A stretch of DNA of 60,224 bases, counting the filler, from Circinaria calcarea (lineage: Eukaryota): the NCBI GenBank assembly GCA_051942165.1. It is 12 parts of 12 records of this genome, joined end to end, with 100 filler letters (N's around TTAATTAATTAA, not from the genome) between each part and the next. Parts side by side here need not be neighbours in the genome. Positions count along the whole stretch, not along the records: positions 35,219 to 40,141 come from JAVECS010002118.1; positions 40,242 to 45,163 come from JAVECS010002119.1; positions 45,264 to 50,184 come from JAVECS010002120.1; 9 more parts are not named here. One strand, written 5' to 3'. This document shows positions 36,499 through 48,260 of the stretch, in pieces. Under the pieces are notes generated by a model. It worked only from the letters and a program-made list of their open reading frames with translations, had not been told where the DNA came from and ran no database searches. Made by a program: the position numbers and the translations under genes. Position 1 is the first letter of the stretch. The number at the start of each line of letters is the position of its first letter.

Positions 36499-37957
36499 TC
36501 AGGCGGCTTTCTTTCCCGCCCGCCCTTTTTCCCTGCCACCACCAACTCTCGCCTTCTCCCCGCCGGTCTTGCCCGCCGTCCTCATTTCCCTCTTCACCCT
36601 GCCTGCAATAAACCCCTCTGCCCACATCATCACCTTCCCTGCTACTTTTGCTGGAAGGACAGCCATTGTCCACCCTGCTTGCACAGGGACCACAAAAGCC
36701 GCGCATACCCAGTCAAGCAATACGGCTGCAGACCCACGCCTTGATGAAGAATTACCACGCTCGGCTGCTGCAGCGAGTGTGATGGCATCGGCCATTCGAG
36801 ATTCGAGATCTTGTATACGGGATTCGGTTTGCAGTGTCAGTAGCGTGGCGCGTTTTTCATAACGGCGGACAGCGCGATTGAGGGCGTCGAGGTCGGGTTG
36901 AATGGATTTGCGGACTTCCGTGACGAGGTTCGTAATGTTTGCTGGGTTCGCATTACCGTTTGTCATCGGAGACTTGTCGGCAATGTCGGATTCGAGATCA
37001 TCGAGGCGTTTAGAAAGGTCGAGGAGTCGAGAGTGGTCGAGTTTCTCGTCTTCGTAAGGATTGGTAGTGATTAGACGTTGGAGATGGAGGGTACGTGCTT
37101 GGATCATCTTGATGAGATGGGAGAGAGGACGGAGTTCGGCTCCTAGGAGGAAGATTGTAAGATTGTAGTTTGAAACAAGGCCCTCGGAGGGACGAGAGAG
37201 CTGAGAACGGATGGCGTGGAGCAGCCAGGCGCCCACTAGGGGTGATATGAAGCACGCGAGGAGGGCAGTAATTTCGTGAATACGAAGTTCGGATCCAGCA
37301 TCTCTGCGTGATTTGCTCTGCGGTGGGGCGGACTGCAATGGTGATTTGCTGTCGTCTTCTGGAGACGCCGGTGGTGCCTTAGCAGCCCCTTCATTTCCAA
37401 TTCCGTCCTCCTCTTCTTCGATTGTTGCGTGGTTGGAATAGAAGTCGTCGGATGCATCCGGATCTTGTACTTGGATCGACTGGGCAGAGCAGTACCAGTC
37501 CCTTTTGGTAGTTAGGACAGAAACCTCTACAATCCAACGCCTAGACTTACCATGGTATTCTGACAGACCAATTGAGAAAGACCGCTGCCAAAGCTAACAA
37601 AGTCACGTCCGTCACGATGGCACTGCCGTCTCTGAAAACCAGTCCGCCCACGGCGGGCAGCAGTGCCAACGCAAGAGGCGCCGAGTGCCAGTGAGAAGGC
37701 TCATTATCCGTTCCGAGACCAGATCCTTTGACGTTGGGGAGCAGTAAGCCGTCGGTCGAGGATCGAAATGATGATCTGACATCATCGACCGAGTCGGAGA
37801 GGTGCGAGCTACGCCGGCGGTCCATGGGAGACGTGTGGTCTGCAGAGGTAGAGGCCCGCTTGGAAAGTCGGTGGCGGAGAGGTGATGAAGGTGGCCAAGT
37901 GGAAGGTTGTACAGCTGTACCATTCTGACGACTTGCAACATTCCCGTCGTCGGGCAT
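36499..37957 (-). CDS. Conserved fungal hypothetical membrane/coiled-coil protein
   Basis: Intron 37502-37550 joins NWSVRIPW|DWYCSAQ into the 279-aa ORF; TM segments and coiled coil DLDALNRAVRRYEKR. Start ATG approximate. Confidence 0.8.
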
Positions 37958-38685
37958 CGGAGCGACGTCCGAAAGTTGATGCTCTGGTGTACTGCACTCG
38001 ATGCTCAAGGTCGTCGACGCCTCGGAAGGTGAGTTCCTTCCTTGAGACTGCCAAGGGGCTCTACCATTGCTTTCGCTGCAGCTGAACCAGGCGGTTGTGG
38101 AGTCATGGTTTTCAGGAGATGAATTGATTGCTCGCGTGTCTGAACATGGCCGACGAGAGGATCGTCATCGAATTGCTATGCGCTAGAATAACCTATGGTA
38201 CCACTCCCTTTCCCTGCTTCCCCGGAATCGTGACCCGGATAAAATGCACAAAGGCTGCCTAAAAGGGTGCCTGTGCACGCTACGCCATAATTATGGAACA
38301 GACTTACATAAAGTATACGCCGAACCTTCTTCTACTCCATCTCTCTGCAGATATCTACCTTCGCAACAGCCATTGATCATGGCCATCTATGTTGCACTGC
38401 GTTATGATCCCTACCGAAGTCTCCATGTGTGACTTCCCTCCTTTAGTGGAGGACTTGATAGCCCAGTCTACACGCGGGCGAAGGGTAGAGTATGGCTGAT
38501 TGACCTTACGCATTCGACCCCTCCGCTCTTTACCAGACCAGCATTTGGCTCTGGAACGGAGGGTTCGCGCATTTCTTTGCTATGCCTGTAATTGTAGAAT
38601 GGTTGTGGTCACATCTCTGGTCATTTCCTTTGTCTTATTTATGATCGTATGCGCTGTTGATCTGTATAGCAAGCTTCTGCTTTTC

Positions 38686-38904
38686 TTATTGATACCCAAA
38701 AGGGAAATCTGCACTACCGATGCCCCAAGACATCTGTAGCACCAAACGTCTCAACGGTATCACTTATTGACGCCGATTATACATCACAGTATACTGTCAA
38801 TAGCCGGTTATGAATCTACCGCAGCAATTACTGAGGGCCTATTGGGACTAATTGAACCCTGGCGAATCGTTGTTGAGGATGACCTATATCTATTAAGCTA
38901 TTGA
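38686..38904. promoter_or_regulatory. Cluster of CTATTGA-like motifs upstream of STE3 (candidate MAT1-1-1 alpha-box sites)
   Basis: CTATTGA at 38898-38904 and 38797-38803 (minus); near matches at 38686, 38764, 38839, 38890. Confidence 0.45.
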
Positions 38905-39340
38905 TCCTATCTGTACTACCGTCTACGAAGCTTTGCAGTCACTTGGAGTGTCTACCTCCTTCCTCTCTCCCTCTCTGTCTCTCTTGATCAGATCTCATCA
39001 TCTGTTTGAACTTGTCTCACTACCTACAGAGCACCAATCATCTCTCCTCTGCAGCCAAAGTAATCTACTTTGCATCATACCTCAACATACCCACAACCCT
39101 TATCCTAGGTATCTACACTTTGATTCTTTGTTCCATTACTTCAAAACTCACCTTACAAACTTCTTTACGAGTTTTGGTGTGGTCGAAGCCAAAGTCTTGC
39201 TCGAGAGGACTTGTACAGCTGTTTTCCACCACCCTTCTTAAACATCACTTCACCCTTGAATCGACTGACTTCCTCTACTCTCACACATTACAACTATCTA
39301 CCCTTACATCTAGATATATCCTTGTCTACAGGCAATCACA

Positions 39341-40141
39341 ATGGACGACGTTACCTTTAGACTCTCACCAGCTGCTATAGCCGTGCCGATCCTATCATTC
39401 CTCACTCTCCTCCTCGACGTACCCTCCTTTGCCTGGCATGTTAAGAACAAAAATATTCCAGCATCTTGTCTCGTCTTCTGGATTGTGCTGGGCAACCTGT
39501 TCAACTTTATCAATGCCCTCCTCTGGCCTACCGACGACGTTGTACATTGGTGGCATGGGGAAATATACTGCGACATTCAGGTGAAACTCGTCGTCGCCGC
39601 TACCTTGGGGATTGTTGGTGCTGTGGCAGCGATCATGCGTAGCTTGGCTATGGTGTTAGACACGAAGAAGACAGTCTTGATGGCCAGCACCGCTCAACGG
39701 AACAGGAAAATGGCTATTGACGGTGTTCTCTGCTTTGGATTGCCTATCTACGCAATACTCATCCATTACATTGTACAACCAAGTCGATTTTACATTTTTG
39801 CAATTGGTGGATGTACTCCGTCTTTCGACAATAGCTGGCCCAGTCTGGTACTGGTGTACATCTGGCCTCCCATTCTCTGTCTCGTGGATGCATATTACTG
39901 TGGTAAGGAACAGAAAAACGACCTCTCCAAATGTCAGACTAACCTCACTAGTGCTTGTCATCATTCGCGTTCAGAAATATCGCAAGACTTTTGCCGCCAT
40001 CCTCACTTCCTCCAATTCTGGTCTCACCAAGTCTCGCTTCCTACGCCTCTTCTCAGTATCGCTTATCCTGCTGGTTATTTTCCTCCCAGTGCAATGCTAC
40101 ATATTCTATCGCAACGCCATCTTCCCTCTTCAACCGTATAG
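39341..40141 (+). CDS. STE3: a-factor pheromone receptor (STE3/Pre1 GPCR); 3'-truncated
   Basis: WHVKNKN, NFINALLWP, YCDIQVKL, HYIVQPSRFYIFAIGGC, SGLTKSRFLRL. Intron 39903-39951. Confidence 0.95.
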   Translation: MDDVTFRLSPAAIAVPILSFLTLLLDVPSFAWHVKNKNIPASCLVFWIVLGNLFNFINALLWPTDDVVHWWHGEIYCDIQVKLVVAATLGIVGAVAAIMRSLAMVLDTKKTVLMASTAQRNRKMAIDGVLCFGLPIYAILIHYIVQPSRFYIFAIGGCTPSFDNSWPSLVLVYIWPPILCLVDAYYCGKEQKNDLSKCQTNLTSACHHSRSEISQDFCRHPHFLQFWSHQVSLPTPLLSIAYPAGYFPPSAMLHILSQRHLPSSTV

Positions 40142-40273
40142 NNNNNNNNNNNNNNNNNNNNNNNNNNNNNNNNNNNNNNNNNNNNTTAATTAATTAANNN
40201 NNNNNNNNNNNNNNNNNNNNNNNNNNNNNNNNNNNNNNNNNGGGAAAAGGAGGGGGATTGGGAAATGTGAAAT

Positions 40274-40325
40274 GGGAAGAGGGAAGAGGGAAGAGGGAAG
40301 AGGGAAGAGGGAAGAGGGAAGAGGG
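40274..40325. repeat. (GGGAAGA)n heptamer repeat near contig start
   Basis: 7 perfect units. Confidence 0.95.
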
Positions 40326-40673
40326 TTGGTAGACATGGTTCGGAGGGATAACAGTTGTGTTTTCGGCGAGTGAGATAACACAGTCCGGAATTTATAATAA
40401 AATCTGTATTGTCTACTACAAGCTACGTAGGTGGAAAGGAATTAATATCTCAGGTATAGTTCATTCAGACGCACTCGAAGAGCTATTCTCAACATGAGAT
40501 ACTTGAGAACGAAGACCAAGATGGCAAATTAAGAACATGATATCACTTCGATATAGCCATCAGGAATGACTCCGTAATAGCCAAGGACGGGTTAAATACG
40601 CTACATTTCTTACTCGAAACTCCATTTGACTTACCACAATCATGTATTGTTGGCCACAGTTTTAGGTCTCTCC

Positions 40674-41142
40674 CTAGCTGTTACCCGCCCCCTTCTCATC
40701 TCTATCCTTTGCTTGCTCCAAAGCCTTACGGAACTTTGGCCCAAACTCCTTTTTCATAACTGCATCCACAAACTCCCTCATTGGCCTCATTGCCACAATC
40801 TTCTCGCCACTCTCATCAAACTCCATCGTCCACATATACTCACTCTCGTACGGACCGTCCACCGTGTCCGCCCTCGCTGCCAGCCACATGACAATCCTTC
40901 GCGCCGCGACGTCTTCGACCACGTCGTGCACGTCCAGCTTGTAGTTGGCAAAGACGGATCGGACCTGGTAGCGATGTTTCTCGAAGGCGTTGTTGGAGGC
41001 GGGGAGGATGTTGAGGGAGCGGGGTACGATCGTGCGGAGGCAGCATGGGCTGCGGAAGGAAAGGATGGTGGGGATATCCATGGCGTTGAAGGCGGCGACG
41101 AGGGCGTCGGCGGTTTGCTTGGCGCTAGCGCGTCTAGGCCAT
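40674..41142 (-). pseudogene. SnoaL-like/NTF2-fold protein (AusH/AusJ/Trt14-like) with damaged 5' end
   Basis: QTADALVAAFNAMD..DVVEDVAARRIVMW..ADT..GPYESEYMWTMEFDESGEKI..EFVD. The best-context ATG (AACCATGGC, 41142) is out of frame and followed by TAG stops. An in-frame ATG at 41228 could still allow expression. Confidence 0.6.
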
Positions 41143-42991
41143 GGTTTGGCTTTTGCAAGGGGTGAGGGGAATTTAGCATGGGTATGAAGGACCTTTAGCT
41201 TCACAACTATTGCTGGGATGTGCCCCATCACCAAAGCTAAGGTTACCTATACTCAGTTTACCCAAGAAAAAGAGGCTAAACTGCAGAGTGTAGCGCATAT
41301 TTAGAGTGTATACTTTGTATATACCAGAACGATAGACTTTGTTAATGTATTTACTGCTCGAGTTTGCCGGTTTCCATGTGGGTGAAATTGATTTACCCCG
41401 GTACAAACTAGGACGAAGCTCTTCCGGGTTTATGCGACGGAGTACGGGCCGGACCGAAGCACACATATTTCGCGTCTTACTCAGAAACCCTAATCCTCAG
41501 CCCCACAAAAGCCTCACATAAAATACAGACGTCGGTAAATTATAAAATGCACTTCACCTTAGTTTACCAGGATTCAGCCTCTTAAGCGTGTCGACGTTCA
41601 ACGATGGTGCTTGAAACTTCCGCTTTAAGCCAGATTTGCCGCTTTAGAGGTCGTATTTTACATGTTTTTTATTTTCCCGAGGGCACATGGAAGATCGGGC
41701 GAGGTAGAGGACTGGCATGGGAAGTTGGATGTTACAGGCATGTTACCAGGAGCTCCCGGAACATGATGGCGATCTTGTTGACCAACTTCTACTACTTAAT
41801 CGTTGCTGGAGTTGTGGTTGGACCTTGTGCTGGGCCGTCAAGATGCAGAGATGAAGATATGGAGCGCGATCCTTGGCATTCAACATTAGCGCGTCATAAA
41901 ACTCGACCGTCTCGCCTTATGTCTACCTTTGGTTATGCCTGACGCGAAAAGGTTACTCTGCTCGACTGCTGAATAGTCGGATGCATTCCATCTATACATT
42001 ACAGAGAATTTGCTGTTGTAAGGCGGTGGTCCAGACTCACTTTAGATAAAGTTCTCTTGGAGATCTAATGATCTCGGTCAGATCTAGGGTGATTCAGGCG
42101 GCTGTACAGAAAGTATGCTGTTTTCAGCTGCAACCAGTCTGCAAGAGGTGGATCCCTTATCATTTACCCACCAGCTAAGTGAGACGTTACAAAGCCAAGC
42201 GGTCCATTCCACTGGATAGCATCTATGGACACAAGTACGATATATTCGACTTTCAATCATGCATGTGATATCTCCTATGTTATTCTGTTGCTGAGATTTG
42301 AACTGCCTTAATTGCTTCCCGGGGTCCTATCAAGCTTATTTGAACACCATCAACATGCCGGGAGCAATCCATATTTTTACTGGCCGTTTTGGATAATTGA
42401 GATCATTCTATCGGCCTGGCGAGAGGCAGAAGGTCGGTTAGGCTCCGCCGATGAAGCACGCTTTTTCTCATGGCCCACAAGCCCGTACCCTTGTCTTCCA
42501 TAAGCCAGCAGCCGCCTTTGTGCGGTCGACAATATGCGGCCTTCACTACGACGAAGGTTATTTACTCTTTTGTTTCAGCCCCTCAAAGAAGTATCTTAAG
42601 CTTTGCTTTGGTCAGTCATACATCATCAAAAACCATGCTGCTCTCTCAGAAGGAGTATAACTACAGCCTCGGTATAGGAAGACAGGCATAGAGCGCAGTT
42701 GGCCATTCTACACTAGTCCAACTTACACACGATTGTCAATAGCCTACTGGAGGAACCAGGTTCGACTGCGGTAATACCTATGGAATCGCTGGAACGGGGC
42801 CGAGCCGCTAGCAATATCTGCGAAGTCCAACATCAATTGCCAGATGACCAAGCCAGGCGGAAGAACAATATCATTTGAGTTTTAAGACAATCCCTCTCAG
42901 CCTACCGAACTCATATGTGAAATTAGGACGCTTCCCGTCCCAGGACTTGTTCAATTGGCGGTCCTCTGTTCTCTGGTAGGATAACTTTGAT

Positions 42992-44162
42992 ATGCTCTTT
43001 TCTAACGTGCTCAGCAACGCCGTATGCCCATAGAATCCTTTCTTGAAGAAGCTACTGACGGACCATCAGCTCCTGGCGTCGATATATTATGTTGCTACTG
43101 TCACAACTGTACCTTTTCTACCTTTTCCGCCTGATGTCACTTCGTCCGTTCTCGAACCGACGGGAACTCCTATCTTTGGCAGTGGGAAGGGAAACTTCCA
43201 ACCTAATAGGCCCATAAGCTCTAAAGATCAACATCCTAATGCCACTAGAGGACAGGTCTCAAGTACAAATGTTGCCATGACTTCAAATTTTAACCATGAT
43301 GGCGTTGGCGATGGCTCCGATGTGTCAGTTACTATTATTCTATTGGACCTCGAAGACAGCTAACAACACCTTCAGCTATATACAATACAGCGGTTCCGGT
43401 AGCACCAGTGAAGGCTGGCCTCAGAAATATGAATGGGCTTCCTTTGCTAACATGTATACATATACCTTCCTGCGTTGGCACCGGCTCTAAATTATAACCT
43501 AGGTTCGAGAACAATAAGATAATCATGTTTCTTTCCTGCCGACAATATCGTGTCACCAACAACTACGGATTCGAGATCAGTGCAATTTATGATTCTATCC
43601 AATCAATCGCTCTCGAAACAAGACTTGACCACCGCTTTATTCTTGCGGTCATGATCCAGGAATCCGGTGGGTGTGTCCGAGTTCCTACAACCAACTATGG
43701 TGTCCGTAATCCAGGGCTTATGCAAGATCACAATGGAAATGGAACCTGTAACAACAGTGATGGCTCCACTCAAGGCGGTGTGAAGCCTTATAAAGTCTTG
43801 GCGCCATGTCCGACCCGTATTATTACTCAGATGCTTCGTACGTAACCGGGATCTCATTTAATCAATCCGTTGTATTATCCCTACTCCCAACCGTCCCGGT
43901 CAGTACTATACCAACTCTCCTTCTCTTAGGTGAAGGATCCGCTGGCACAGCTTCCGGTGATGGCCTTGCCCAATGTATCAAAAAAAGCGGCGCAGATGAT
44001 GTCAGTGCTTTCTATAAGGCAGCTCGGATATACAACTCTGGCAGTATCGACGCGTCGGGGGATTTAGGAAGGGGTTATGGCACACGTTGTTATGCCTCGG
44101 ATATTGCGAACAGATTGACGGGATGGGTCCAGGCAGCGCATAGGTGTACCCTTTATGATTGA
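42992..44162 (+). CDS. Secreted lysozyme-like (SLT/GH23-type fold) protein
   Basis: Five exons (introns 43022-43069, 43324-43375, 43454-43502, 43838-43929). Signal-like MLFSNVLSNALLASIYYVAT; motifs ILAVMIQESGG, PGLMQ, AARIYNSG. Confidence 0.85.
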
Positions 44163-44314
44163 ATAGTGGGTCAAGGAAATTGGGTAATCTGCAGGTGTAC
44201 GTTCTGTTTTATTTGTTTCTATTCAGTTGTATAACCATATTCTGGTACCACCTTCGCAGTGGGACTCCATAACAATAAGTCCATCACTCCTCAAGGTTGC
44301 ATATGCTCCAGCAT

Positions 44315-44650
44315 TGCCCTTTTTTTTTCAACAATACCGCTTAACCCTCGCTTACCTAACCCTTAGCGTCAGATTTTCTATTATTTTTCCAACTATTTAG
44401 CGCTCGACGTTCGACGATGAAGTCCAGAAACCCAGAATAAGTAACTCGCTGAAAATACATGGGATCCCGGGCCTTTCATGCCGTTCACGTGCGTGGACAA
44501 GCGCCATTTTCCTTTCTTTTCAACATACCCTCGCTTAAGAAACCCTAGCGCCAGAAAAACATATTATTTTTCCAACCATTTAGCTCTCGACGTTCGACGA
44601 TAGAAGTCGAAAACCTCGATATGGATTAGTGACTCCGGAAAATCTAGACA
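44315..44650 (+). repeat. ~183-bp tandem direct duplication, non-coding
   Basis: Cores 44379-44418 and 44562-44601 identical at 38/40; TTTTCAACA and ACCCTCGCTTA also repeated. Confidence 0.85.
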
Positions 44651-45263
44651 CTGATTTGCAATTTCCGAGGAGATGACCCGAAAAGTTCGGAGAGGAGGTA
44701 AAGCGAAGGCTTAGATGTTTACGGCATGGGTGTGTGGCGGATCCGAATTTCGACATGCCTTTTCCAACGTCGACGAACCTCGATATTCTTTTCAATTACT
44801 CACAGTATCTTGCAGTGTTCAGAGTCGAAGACCAATATTCTCCGACAGATACGAAATGGTTACCGATCCTCAATGACATCTCTTCGTCCGGATTTCCTGG
44901 CCATCCAAACGATCCACTCGTTTGTCTTTCCTCTCTTTTCCCAACTAACCCCCCGCGTTCGTTCCCTCAAAAAGCTAACAAATACCAAAAGATTCTCACT
45001 CTGGCCCTCGATTCCATCCACCACTGGTAATCACGGCCCGTAATTTCCCAACCCTCCCTTCCTTCTCTCCCCTTTCCCTCTTCCCTTCTACCACGGGGTC
45101 TCTCGATCACACTACGGAGTAACCTCCCGTCTTTATTTCCTCCCCTAACCGAGTCCATATTCCNNNNNNNNNNNNNNNNNNNNNNNNNNNNNNNNNNNNN
45201 NNNNNNNTTAATTAATTAANNNNNNNNNNNNNNNNNNNNNNNNNNNNNNNNNNNNNNNNNNNN

Positions 45264-46321
45264 CGAACAGCGGGAATAATCCGCGTAGACGCGTAAAGCA
45301 CGAAGAGGCGGTAGGCTAAAGAGATGATGACTGACGGAGTGATTGTACTTAGTGCAGCCATGATGAAGTTGAATGCTGCATGTATGGTCGAAGGTAGTGT
45401 CGACAGTATATGAATGAGCGTTGTGTAAGAGGCCATGATAATAGGTGGAAAAGGTGGAAAGTCCGCAGCCTGGGCGGGAGGCGGCATGGGATCAACCGGA
45501 TTAGATGGTTGATAGTCCGTAAATATCTGGTAGATGCACAAGACGATATAGGCAAATAGTAATGAGCTCTCTACCGGATTGCCTTTTCCACTGCTAATGC
45601 CCCAGGCGCAAAGGAACACGGCACATGTAATGGTGATCCCGATTAGCGTAGCATCTCCGTTACCAATCTCAGGGAACTTGGTGACCCTCCAGAGGAAATA
45701 GACCGAACTTGAGATTATCGACGCGGACATGACCAGAAGACTAATCTAAATGTCCTTGTCAGCGTCAAAAAAAAATTCAATGACAGAGGAGTCTCGTACC
45801 ATCCAGCTGTCACTTCTTCCTCCTTTGTTGACCAGCCATCGAGTGATCTGCCCTGCAGCCTGTATCACTAAGAGACTGCAAAATCCCTCGCATAGCTGAA
45901 ACACAGGGGTGGACCATCGCAACAGTTTGTCCCAACTGCCTATAGTCATACACTCTAATATCCCGTCCGGTCCAAAAATCCATGTTCGTAATGAAGCATC
46001 CTCGGCCCTTTTGCCCGTGAGTGTTCTCTCTACCCAGCCACTCCCATTGTCCGAATCCACCGAGAAGCGATTAAGGGACCATATGAGTAATGATGGCAGT
46101 ATGATCCACTGGGTGAAGCCAATGATTTGTACCAGTGCATAGCGGAAACGTGACCGATCCGGCGTAGCCAGCCTCAGGACAGAATAAAAGAAATAAAACG
46201 ATGCCAAGGATAGCGAGAATGCGAGCCCACAAGTTCTACCCCCAACATCGAAACCCAGAGGGATGGAGAGGATGATCGAGGTGAGGAAGACCAGGGAGGA
46301 GATGATTCGAGTGATCCACAT
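45264..46321 (-). CDS. ICE2: ER membrane protein Ice2; 3'-truncated
   Basis: LSIPLGFDVGGRTCGLAFSLSL, FQLCEGFCSLLVIQAAGQ, GKGNPVESSLLFAY. Intron 45746-45799. Confidence 0.93.
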
Positions 46322-47056
46322 CCGCGCAGGAAGCGCCGACCACGCCCTGAAGCGCACTCAGCCAGTATGCCAGTATTCGTCTTTTCTTTCAATTAGGCCG
46401 AGGGTAGCTCGATAATCTTAGCGCCGTAGTTTGGTCTTGTGCCTGATGTGATGGGCAGGAGGAATAGAGGCTATGAAGAGAATGCAGACTGACGGCTCTG
46501 GGTTGAGGCTTGGTGTACTGAAAGCTGTCGGGGAATCGTTTGAGTCACTGAGCTTTCGTTGCTACCCGTTTATCCTTGATGAGGCCTCTGACGACGTTGA
46601 TGGGTCTTGAGGGTGTAATTGTTGCCTACTTTGCTCATTGGCCGGGTCGCGTGCCTTCTTCCAAGATACTGCAATGCGGATAGCCAGAACCTTGTAAGTG
46701 CGTGGAATTAGAGTGATGCAGGCTGTCCCACCCAATAAGGTGGTTGTAGGGAAAAGTTCCTGCAGTGGGGATTCCCAATCTTCAGCACTGCTCATCACCG
46801 TTTTGGATGCATTATTCGTTCCGAATGGACAGGCAAGGAAGCTGTAACGCTGAATGAAGACTTTCAAACGGTCTGAAGGCTGTCTCTTTGTCTTTTGCAT
46901 GTGATGTGATGAAAGTATCAAATCTTATTCCCTCGCTACGATTTCCCCATTTGCATTGGTGTCCTGGTGCCATCTTCCGGGACTCTGACGTCCTTTTCGA
47001 GATTTGTACGATCGACAGCCTGAGAACAGACTAATATGGTGGTATTCTGGCATTGA

Positions 47057-48260
47057 ATGATCCGCAATTTATTTAGAATGACAGAAGAGGTGGCAGCCAA
47101 GAGACTGAAGACCTCACCGCCTTTAATCGGCACACACAAGTCCGTCCTCTTTTCTCCGCAGCTTTTCCCCTAAGCAAACCAAGCGATTAAAATTCCAGAT
47201 CTCTCTAATCTTTTGGACTGACATACCTTCTAGTGGTCACTTCCATGCCGACGAGGCCCTAGCCGTCTACCTTCTTCGCCTTCTCCCAGCCTACAATCCC
47301 TCCAGCCTCCTCCGCACTCGTGACCCCTCCCTCCTCTCGACCTGCCACACAGTCGTAGACGTCGGCGGAGAATACTCCCCATCAACCAACCGCTACGACC
47401 ATCATCAAAGGACCTTCAACACCGTCTTCCCAAACCACACCACCAAACTTTCCTCGGCCGGTCTCGTCTACCTCCACTTTGGAAAACCTATCATCGCGCA
47501 CCGAACCTCCCTTCCCGAATCTAGCCCCGAAGTGTCCATCCTCCACGAAAAAATCTACTCCGAATTTATCGAAGCACTCGACGCTAATGACAACGGCATC
47601 TCCGTCTACGATCCCGCAGCGGCGGCTTCCCTACAGAAGCGCTTCAACGATTCCGGGGTCACGCTCGGTAGCCTGGTCAGCGACCTGAATTACAGTTACA
47701 ATGATGAAGCACCGTCAAACCCATCAGACCTCCTTCCCAAACCCCTTAAAAACAAGACCCCCGACCAACTCCAAGCCGAAGAAGACGCCCGCTTCCTCGA
47801 AGCGTCATCGCTGATGGGCACCACGTTCCTGCGCAAACTTGCCTACTACCACAAAGCCTGGCTTCCCGCCCGAACCCTTGTACATTCCGCCTACAACCTC
47901 CGCCACCAAAACGACCCTTCTGGCCAAATAATGGTTTTCAAAAATGGTGGTGTGCCCTGGAAAGACCATCTCTACTCTCTTGAAGCATCGAGACCGGACG
48001 AGGAAAAGGTACTCTACGTTTTATACCCCGAAAGCCCCAACGAGGGCGCGAAATGGCGCGTGCAATGCGTCAGTGTCACAAAGGATAGTTTTGAGAGTAG
48101 GAGGCCGTTAAGGGAGGAGTGGAGGGGTGTGCGGGATGAGGAGCTGAATGAGAAGACCGGGATCGAGGGATGCGTGTTTGTGCATGCTAGTGGATTTATT
48201 GGGGGAAATAAGACGAGGGAAGGAGCGATGGAGATGGCGAGGAGGAGTATGATTAGCTAA
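47057..48260 (+). CDS. MYG1: MYG1 family 3'-5' exonuclease (UPF0160)
   Basis: IGTHN|GHFHADE (intron 47140-47233), VVDVGG, YDHHQR, KLSSAGLVY, DANDNG, PWKDHL, FVHASGFIGG. In-frame ATGs at 47057 and 47078. Confidence 0.95.

Noticed and set aside
42755..42780. GGTTCGACT T-loop-like motif
   Set aside because: No cloverleaf stems or A-box around it; not a tRNA.
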